DNA of 54,252 bases, filler included, from Dimargaris cristalligena (Eukaryota), in the NCBI GenBank assembly GCA_003614675.1. It is 3 parts of 3 records of this genome, joined end to end, with 100 filler letters (N's around TTAATTAATTAA, not from the genome) between each part and the next. Parts side by side here need not be neighbours in the genome. Positions count along the whole stretch, not along the records: positions 36,260 to 54,252 come from ML002779.1; 2 more parts are not named here. One strand, 5' to 3'. The translations under genes were made by a program, and so were the position numbers. This document shows positions 45,107 to 54,252 of the stretch, piece by piece. The stretch's first letter is position 1. The number at the start of each line of letters is the position of its first letter. The notes beneath the pieces are model-generated. The model made no database searches, was not told the origin of the DNA, and was given only the letters and a program-made list of their open reading frames with translations.

Positions 45107-48100
45107 ATGTGTCCAACCTCGAACATGAACCACGTTCCCAAGTTTATTCCGGCCTCGAAAATCACCACCGTCAGTGAGGTCGATCGCCAGCTCCACCTGG
45201 TCCAACAGGAGGTCCAGCTCATTTACCACCGCTACCAACTCCTCGTGGCCCAGAACCGCCTCACCCCCGACCAGGAAGCCGAATTCAAGGCCCAGGTGCG
45301 GTCACTGGAATCCCGCAAACGCAAATACTTGGACCGTAGGCTGTTGCTGATCGAGGGCGGGGTGCGCGTCGACTCACCAGTCCCTGTGGCTGCTGCGGCC
45401 CAGGCGGAGGCAGCCGCTCGGCTGCAGCAGCCAACAACAACACCCCTTCCCGGCTCTGCTACAGTGAACCAACCCCCGATGCGCCAACTTCATGGACAGC
45501 CACCGGGCCTTTTATCCCCCACCCGCCGGGGGGTTAAGCGTATATCCGACAGTCCGGTACTCTTGTCTAGTTCCGATGAGGACTATAGCACCACCAACTC
45601 GCCGCCCGTCCTGTCCCGCCCGCCGCCTACATCCGAACACACCGCTACCATGACGACTCCCCGGCCTTCCAGACCCCGTAAACTGTGCCGATCTTCGTCC
45701 CCTGATATCATTGGCCATTCCCAATCCTCGTCGTCAACCTCGTCCTCCCTTACCTCGCCCAGCGGGGGACCCGCCCGATACATCAGCGGACCCTCCTCTT
45801 CCACCGAGATCCCACCGTTCTTCACCCAGCCCCAGCCCCACCACCACATCCCCGGCGCCACTCCTTCTACCCGTAATACTATTCTTATTTCACCGGAACT
45901 CTCCCCCGCCCCCTCCCCCATTTCGATTTCCTCCATCAGTGGCCGTAGCGCTCGGAGTATCGCCAGCCATGGTTCTGAGTACCTTCCATATGCCGGCGGT
46001 GATTCACCCGCGTTTTTTACCCCCACCCCGGCCTACCGTTATCCATCCGAAATGCCGCGGACGCGAAGCACCCTAGCAAGTGGGGTGGAGGCCATCGATT
46101 TGACCGTCGAACCCGATGATTCAGCATCGCCGTATGCCGCTTACCCCATCAACTTGTGGATATGGCCTCGCCATACCACCGCCAGATCCCCCATCGGCCA
46201 CCGATGTGGGCACCATCTGCACCGAACTACCCATTCCTGCCTTCGTACGGTAGTCCCCAAACGCCCGGCCCTCCCCCCGTGCAACCGTACGTCATATACC
46301 AACGGGACCCTGCCGGGCGGATCATCGGGGTGGTGAGCCCTGGTCAGTCCACGGTCCCTATATCCCCCTCGCCCTTACGCCTGGGCCCCGGTGGGACAGT
46401 CTTACCCGGTGTCTTCCTCCCGACTAACCCCGAATGTCACACCGAAGACGTGCGTAAGCTCGTCGGTAACATTAATTTCGATGAGCCCCACCAGCAGGCC
46501 CGGCTGGATACCCCTAAAGACCTGAGCATTTCCCTACTCGAACACCAAAAAATCGGACTCACCTGGATGATCAAAATGGAACTTTCCCGAATGAAAGGCG
46601 GTATTTTGGCCGACGACATGGGGTTGGGCAAAACCGTCCAGAGCATGGCGCTCATTGTTACACGGCGGCCTGAAAATCCAAGTCAAAGCCAAGCAGAACC
46701 AGTCAGCCCCAATGGAACATCCTCATCCCAAACCACTCACTCTACCGCCGCTACTTCCAAAACCCCCGTTTCCTCCGTCCCCTCGTCACCGTCATCCACC
46801 CCCCGCCCCCGGGATTACTACACTACCCTCATCGTGGCCCCCCTGTCCCTGGTCTACCAATGGAAACGGGAAATCGACACCAAAACCCGCAACAACTGCC
46901 TTCGGGTCTACGTCTACCACGGCGCTTCCCGAGAACGACGCCCCCACATACTGACCGGATACGATGTGGTCGTTACCACCTATAATCTACTGACCAGCGA
47001 ATCGCCCCGGGAGACACCGGCGCCCACCGAACCGGGCCCTTTATTCCGCATCAAATACTGGCGGATCATTCTGGACGAGGCCCAGGTTATCAAGAACCGG
47101 GCGGCCAAGTCGTCCATTGCCGTAGCCAAACTGCAATCCCGCTACAAATGGTGCCTCTCCGGTACCCCTATCCAAAATTCCATCGACGAACTGTACCCTC
47201 CGGTGCGTTTCCTGGGCATCAAACCGTACAACCAGTGGGACGCCTTCCGGCGGGACATCTCCGGCCCGGCCCAGTCCGCTAATCTGACGCCCCGGGCCTT
47301 CCAGCGGGTCCAGGCTCTCCTCAAAGCCATTCTACTACGGCGCCGCAAAACGGACCAAATCGACGGCAAACCCATCCTCAGTTTACCGGGCAAAACGGTC
47401 CACGAAGTCAAGGAGAATTTCACCACACCCGAGGCGGAGTTCTACAAAAGTGTCCAGGAACGGTCCGAAGAGCTCTTTCAGTCGATGATGGACGCGAATG
47501 CGGTCATGAAAAATTACGCCAATATCCTGGTGATGATCCTCCGGCTCCGCCAGGCCTGCTGCCATCCCTTGTTGGTGCTGGACCGCCAACACCGGGATCA
47601 TCTGGCCCGGTACTACGATCGTATTCAATCGACCGGCGCGTTTGCCGAATACTTTGATAATATTGCGAAAATAAAGGTACGGAAGAGGGATGAGGATGCG
47701 TTCTTGGAAATGATCAGTGAAGTCGCGGCGTCCGATATTAAACCCGATCTGTCCCTAACCAACTCCCCGGTAGAAACCCCAAATGGCCAGCCCTACGACG
47801 AGTCGTCATTTCCTTCGTTGTCGCGGACAGTGGGAATTCAAGGATCGAATGGGCCAGCTTCAGGCGGATCGCCCCGGTTCCTGGGCAAGGCGCCTGCTAC
47901 CACACATACCCAAGTCAAGTTCGAATCGGACTGTGATACGGATGCGGATTTACCCTCAGCCCACGATATCATGACCCCCGGCACTTATACCAAGTGTAAA
48001 ACTGAGGCCGCATGGACCGCTACGGATGTCCGGGTGAAACCAGATCCCACCGACTCCTCCGTCTCCCTGGGGGATGCCGATTACTTACCGAACGGTGATC

Positions 48101-49203
48101 ATAGTTCGTGGGCGGATTTCAATTGCCCCGCTGACTGGAACCCCGGACACCGCTCCGGCTGGCAGAGGTTGTCCCTTGAGGCCAAGTCCCAACTGGACCG
48201 GGCTGATCTGACCAGTATCCTGTGTCTCCTTTGCGATGACATCTCTACCAACCCGGTCATTTTATCACCATGTGGCCACATTTACTGCGAAGAGTGCGTC
48301 GAAACGCAGGTTAACAACCACATTGAGGATTCCGAACCGGCTTGTCCGCGCTGCCAACACCGGTTTAGTCTGAAGCAGGCGATCCCCGTAGGTCTTTTGG
48401 CTACCTCTTCCCACATGATGCTGGGGCTCTCTTCCAACGCCCCCTCTTTATCGAAGATTCTTCCACTCGCGTTAGGGACCTCTACGATCACTACCCGCTC
48501 CCGCACCAATGGTAGTGGTGGTGTTGGGACACGGTCGGGCAACCGGCGAAATGGGACCAGTGGTGGTGGTGGAGGAGGAGGCGGCGGAAGTGGAGGTGGA
48601 GGGATACAACCCATCACCCATTACGATGACGACGGGACCAACTCGACCCACGGTCTCTCCCCCAGCAGCTTTATCCCCAGTTCCAAAATTATTCGCACGC
48701 TAAGGATTATCCGCGAGACACGGGCGGACCAACCGACGGATAAATTCGTCGTATTCAGTCAATTCACGCAAATGCTCCTCCTCGTCAGCCGGGCCCTCGC
48801 GCGCGAACACATCCCCCATTTTATTTTCGACGGTTCCGTGGCCCCCATGGAACGCGAGGACATGGTCAAACAATTCTATGACCGCCCCGACGTGCCTGTC
48901 ATGCTCATCAGTATGAAATGCGGGTCCGTGGGCCTTAATCTTTGCTGCGCGAACCACGTCATCTTACTCGACCTGTGGTGGAACCCGGCGCTCGAAGACC
49001 AGGCCACCGATCGGGTCCACCGAATCGGGCAGACTAAACCCGTCACGGTGCACCGGATTACGATACCCGATACCATCGAGGATCGGATTCTGCATTTGCA
49101 GGCGGATAAACGGGACATTATCAAACGTGCGTTCGGGGAGGGCGACAGTGAAAAATTGGGGCGGTTGTCGTACCAGGATTTGGTGTATCTGTTCCGTGGC
49201 TAA
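45107..49203 (+). CDS. SNF2-family ATPase with an embedded RING finger (Uls1/Ris1, Rad5/16-like); N-terminal part lies in a different frame
   Basis: 46156-49203 carries LLEHQKIGLTWM, GGILADDMGLGKT, RIILDEAQVIKN, WCLSGTPIQN, LRLRQACCHP, RING CLLC..CGHIYCEEC..CPRC, FSQFT, GLNL, WWNPALEDQATDRVHRIGQ. 45107-46336 supplies a coiled-coil/SIM-bearing N-terminus overlapping it in another frame. Confidence 0.9.
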
Positions 49204-51211
49204 AATCATATATTTATATATATTGTTATTATATTCATTCGCGTGTAGCTCCATCCCGGATGCGAGGGTCCGTATAGGTCTATGTGAGGGAGGAGAAAGA
49301 ACTTCAATTGGCAATGGCGGCGTTGAATACAATATCCCCATTGGGGGTAATACTCCTTAAAACATTAAACTCCGCCCCACATCACCTTTTCTTTCTTTCA
49401 CCGCGACCGCGTTACCTATCTGAAATTACCGACTTCGTAACTAATTTAACTTTGAATACCCCCCATTGGAGTTCTATCCCGTTCCCCTGTATTCTGGCAT
49501 TTATCACTACATATTCATATTATTACAAGTAAGGGAACGGGAGATTTCTTGCTGGCGAACCATGTTGTAAATAAGCGTGGTATATTTTAATGGACACCTC
49601 TCCCTCCCTCGTATTTATCCCCCCATTCACTGTAGAATCATACACATACGCAAACAAACAAATATAAATAGCTATATAACCTTAAAATTGGATCGCAGGG
49701 TTTTGACCTTTTGGCATAAGCCAATATGAGAGGAGGGTATGTACGGATTATAGATGAATTGAATACACTCATTATTTTGGTGATTTATGAACTCGCGTAA
49801 GACCACCCATGGATTATTACCACGGTAGGGCAACGTCCAACCTAATTATATAAGATTCGGGTTGTAATGTGTATGGTAAAGTAGTGAGAGTATTTAGTTA
49901 TACAACAGGACTAAACTCGCCCTATATACCGAAAGACAAAGGGCCGCCATCGAGTAATAAATACTACATTGACACAATTAGGCAACACAAATTGGTCAAA
50001 GTGGGCCCCGGTTGGCGTGAGGCTATAGACAGGATAATTAATAGTACCTGGTATACATCAATTGTCAGTAGATATCATCAAAAAAATAAACGAGCTAATT
50101 AATTTTTTGGAATGCATTAGGTGGGTAATAGGTCAACTACGAGGTATGGTATCTTCAATGAATTCAACAGTTAAGACCCTTAAATAGAGAATACCACAGT
50201 ATTATAGACATCCATAGATGTAAAACAGTCGGCTTTACATCAATACTGGGTTGGCGCATGGCCATAAGTAAAGCCAATGGTGTAAAATTAATGTGGTTGT
50301 AAAATAAATAATGAAATATTAAATATATTGTTATCATAAAATCATATCAAGAAGTCGGAAAAATTGTAATGGTAGATTGATACATGTTGTGTTTGCTGTT
50401 ATCGGTACCGGTTTAAAAAGACTTATCAAAAGTACAGCCAGTCTTCAGAAAACCAAAAATACCACCCTGACTAACATATATAATTGACCCGGAATTTTAG
50501 AGGTAAGTTTAGCTGTGACAGCCAGCCAATTCAGTAATTTCCATCAAATTAAACAAAGTGACTCCTCCACAGTCTCTCCATTATTCATATTGCCGTGGCG
50601 GCATTATTATCTGTACAGAATACATCAATACAATCACTTTATTACCTGTCTTTATCCTAGACTGGTTTCTAAATACGTATATATATATATATATCAGCCT
50701 ATTCGTATGATTTATCATATAAACATAAATTGTAATATAAAATGGGGGCTGTGTCCAGCTATATAGAATATAGATTTGCAAATTTATTTTAAATATAAAC
50801 TAAATAGGAAATCAGCATTTAACCTGTATATTGACAGGCACCTCCTAGGTTTGACTTAGGTGGAGGCTGGTTGATTTGTACGACCCCGGTCGGCCTCGGT
50901 AAGTTTGGCCTGGGGATCGTGTACAACATAATCCCTCAAGATAAATGAGGGATATACTGAGTCGCCCTGCTGGGGGCGACTATAATTAATGTGTTTCTGT
51001 ATTGCTACAGGGGAAGGCCTTACTATGGCCATTGGGTGAGGGAAGGAAGGGGGGAAGGAGACAGAGAGAGAGAGGGAGGGTGGGTAGAGGCAACTAGATG
51101 TAGTTTGCCGGAATGTTAGCAGTGGGCTATGTTGTGGAAAAGCGTACCTAGCATATAGAATAAATTTGATACTTGGGACGAAATTCAGTTGCATTTATAT
51201 TGGAGATTTTT

Positions 51212-51295
51212 AACCAGGCAGCATAGTGAAAAATCCATTGGATAAAGCAAAGGCGACTGGTCTAAAATGAATCCCCTACCTATTTTCCCATGCAC
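51212..51295 (+). repeat. Diverged copy of the repeat at ~9401-9485
   Basis: aaccaggcagcatagtgaaaaatccattggataaagcaaaggcgactggtctaaaatgaatc..tttcccatgcac versus aaccaggctgtataatgaaaaatccatttgatgaggcaagtattactggttgaaaataatc..tttcccatacac. Confidence 0.75.
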
Positions 51296-53771
51296 CTCTC
51301 ATTTACAGCCTTATACTGCTGGGCCACATTTCACTCTTATGGATTACTAACCGAAATTATATTGACAAGATATCATGCGGATAGCTAGCAATCTCTTCAA
51401 AGTCAATAGCAATCCCATGTCTATTACAGCACCTTAATATGATGACAATGCACCAATTGGTGATGGGTGTTAGGAATAGACCATATAATGGCTATCACGC
51501 CCCAATATTCCCATTATTACCTTACTCGAATGGCTTCATGAACATTTACGATTAATGAATCTGTAGTAGGCTAGTCATTGACATGGCCAGGTACAATTAC
51601 TGGGTGTAACAGCCTAACGCACCCTACCTGCGGCACCTGATCCTGGGGTAGGGCTATAGTTGAGGCTTTTGACAGTATGCTTCTAAAAATAACATCTTTT
51701 CCTGCTAACATTGCGGATAAGCACCTGGAATGTCCAGTCGTGTTATCGCCCAAGGCCAATCAGATCAGCCACGTCAATCAAACCCTGCATTGTTATCCGC
51801 TTATGCCTTATTTGGGTAAGATGAATCCATCCATCGATCATTGTAATACACTGCCGATGGCTCTAGTTAAACCCTAACGGACAGGCCTAACGACTGATCA
51901 AATGATCGCCACCAGTCAGCCATAGTTTAGTCCCGGCTAAATGCCGTGCCCGTAATAGGAAGTGTGAAGCTTTCTGCCGTTCGGTGATGAGTTGGAACAA
52001 TAGATGGTCCGGAAATCGCTGATAGCCATTCAAGTTATAGCTGGGACAGGCCATATAAATTAGATTTTCGGGATTTTACTTCAACATCAGAAGTCATTAG
52101 GGAAAATAGGTCAGAATAGTGGACGATCAGGTGAATGTGTCATGTGTCCATGGATTCCATAATATGCTGATATCCCGTAATAATCTTTGCACCACTGCAG
52201 TCGTTATGGCTCTTCAACAATGTCCCTCCTCCTCATGCTTTTGGATCACCGGTAAACATGGCTGGATCGTTTAGTTGGGTAGGAGTCCCCCTCCCTTCCA
52301 TTGTTGTGAAATTTCTTTGTCGGTTTTCTTAGACAGTGGCGTACTTACGAAATTGCGGCTTAGGTAAAACGATGACATTTACCAGGTGATGGGGTGTCAT
52401 TAAAAGTGGATAGGTGTACGATAAAGAAGGTACCATAAAGCCAGCCTCGAACAATACTCCCCAAAATCTCTGGAACGCCCGTTTAATGTCCTTCATCTGG
52501 ACAGGCAGTAATGGTCGCCACCATAGTATAGCATTATTGCCATGAGAGTGGAAGTCGTCACCCAACTAAAACTATATTCGGTTATAGATGACATGTGTAT
52601 GGCTAAATGGGCATGATGTACATTTTCCGACATGTGTAATGCCTGTCCCGCCAACCATATTATTCGCTATACCGCCTACTAGGCCTTATCTCCTGTACAA
52701 CTTTCCTATAATGAACACGATTACTATTTTTACCATTTGGGCTGCAATATGAACAAGAATGGTTATTTTTAGTACATATTTTATTCAATAAATTACTATA
52801 TCCAGGAAGCCAATAAGCACGTTGTTGTTGTAAGGGCATGAACCAGTCAAATAAAAGGGTATATAAATATAAATATAAAAATGAAAATGAAAAAAAAAAT
52901 GAATAGACATACACAATTGGGTCGTCATAAAGAGTTGGGGTTATCTATGTATAGTTGTCAAGAATTATTTAAGAGCAGTAATAGACCAGCTAGTGCTTTT
53001 TTTTTGCTATGCGAAATGCGATAACATTGTTGGATAGATGCGATGTTGGCTAAATAATATCTGGTCCGGTTTAAGCGACGGGGCAATTAGGGAGTGTGTC
53101 CCCTATAGACCGGGTCAGGTCGACATGATCGGTGCCGTATTTAGTTCATCGACTTCTTCTTGTTCTTGCCTATAAGTGAGAGAGGTTGGGGATGAGTTAA
53201 ACCAAATAGTCATGAGAAGGATGGTTAGTGCTGAACTACCTATATACCCGGTTCATTCGCCTAATGGCGCAATCTACATTTTTTTCGGGAACTAATGCGG
53301 AGACGCTCTAATCTACATGCAGGCTACTAAGCCATACAAAGTCTAGCCAGCGGGATGGTGTATATCTATTGCTAAGGCTAAGGGGAGACATGACTAATAC
53401 CTATACTAACACTAACGCGGTATGCACCATAATATGGTGAATTATAGCTAATTGGAACTGAATAGTCGGTGGGTAACTAAACATTAAGGTATTCGGATTC
53501 AGAATCAAATCACTCGATGACTGGTCGTCTCCAGCTGAGTAAAACGGTTAGTAAATCGAACAGAGTGGCCCCCCAAAAAGGCACGTAATAAAAATGGTTA
53601 TGGAGCTACATGAAGATATAAATATATGTCAATACTAAAATTTGAATGAAGTAACGTAAAGCTAGTGAACTTAGGCTATCATAACTTATGGGGTGCACTG
53701 GATAGCGAATGCACGGATCAAAACGCATTAAAGGAGAGGGAGGTGGCAGTCATAAGACATTAAAGGAAGGG

Positions 53772-53795
53772 GAGAGAGAGAGAGAGAGAGAGAGA
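53772..53795. repeat. (GA)n microsatellite
   Basis: Perfect gagaga run of about 12 units, downstream of the last gene's stop. Confidence 0.9.
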
Positions 53796-53875
53796 TATTG
53801 GGGAACCGCTCATGTAATGTTCGAAATACCTATATAACCGATGGGCAGGCTTATACCGAACAGGCCCCAGGATAT

Positions 53876-54252
53876 TCAGTGTGACCGCCCGAAGAGGCGT
53901 CGAAGAGAGAACCGCCGATGATGGCGGTGTAGCTTCGGCAGGTCGGGTTTGGTCAGGGAATCGAAGATGGGACTCTCGGTGATGGAGTAACCGTTAGTGG
54001 AGTACATTTTCATACTCGCATTAACGTCCTCCATACCGTCGTCTTTTCCACCTTGCTTTTCCCCTTCCGCACCGCCGCCGTCCTGCGCCACATCGATTCC
54101 CTCATCGATGGTGGCCCTCCTCATCGGCTGCGTCACGGAATCGGTGGGGCCCGCTGTCGCTGTTGCTGCTTCTGTCGCCGTGGGAGCTGCGGCCCAGCTG
54201 AGCGGCCGATCCGAAGGTTCTAAACTAAGTGCCCGGCGTACGTCGCCTCCAC
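53876..54252 (-). CDS. 3' end of an unidentified protein-coding gene running off the window
   Basis: The frame stays open from the window end to the stop at 53876 (GGDVRRALSLEPSDRPLSWAAAP...MKMYSTNGYSITESPIFD...RFSLRRLFGRSH*). GC-rich coding-like composition. Confidence 0.7.
   Translation of the reverse strand, partial: GGDVRRALSLEPSDRPLSWAAAPTATEAATATAGPTDSVTQPMRRATIDEGIDVAQDGGGAEGEKQGGKDDGMEDVNASMKMYSTNGYSITESPIFDSLTKPDLPKLHRHHRRFSLRRLFGRSH

Noticed and set aside
48560..48603. GGN-repeat tract in the SNF2 gene
   Set aside because: Ordinary poly-Gly linker from trinucleotide slippage.
51984..52022. GTGATGA...CTGA, a possible C/D-box snoRNA
   Set aside because: Boxes are too close together, with no convincing terminal stem or recognisable rRNA guide.

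Overview
Eukaryotic, gene-dense genomic DNA, most likely from an intron-rich fungus. Introns are GT-AG, about 100-340 nt, with CTAAC-like branch points; a Sho1 orthologue is present; coding regions are GC3-rich. An early-diverging lineage is my inference, not something I can prove. Two 100-nt scaffold spacers (44N-TTAATTAATTAA-44N) split the window into three contigs. Genes in order: secreted CAP/SCP protein, triosephosphate isomerase (4 coding exons), KHDC4-like KH protein, importin-7/8 (Nmd5/Sxm1-like), Sho1, tRNA-Lys(UUU), RNF181-like RING-H2 ligase (6 exons, missed by the ORF track), an orphan ORF resembling LINE ORF1p, TDP1 (4 exons), DUF2011-like protein, glutathionyl-hydroquinone reductase (ECM4-like), a stand-alone PARP-type zinc-finger protein with AT-hook-like repeats, a 6-exon ubiquitin E2, SAC3/GANP, a Uls1/Ris1-like SNF2-RING ATPase split over two frames, and the 3' end of an unknown gene. 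Intergenic DNA holds at least two degenerate dispersed repeat families, one with a ~70-bp inverted repeat. The best leads are the intact solitary LINE-ORF1-like gene, the -1 frame break in the SNF2 gene, the E2 with altered catalytic-helper residues, and the zf-PARP/AT-hook protein. I found no clear-cut novel multi-gene system.
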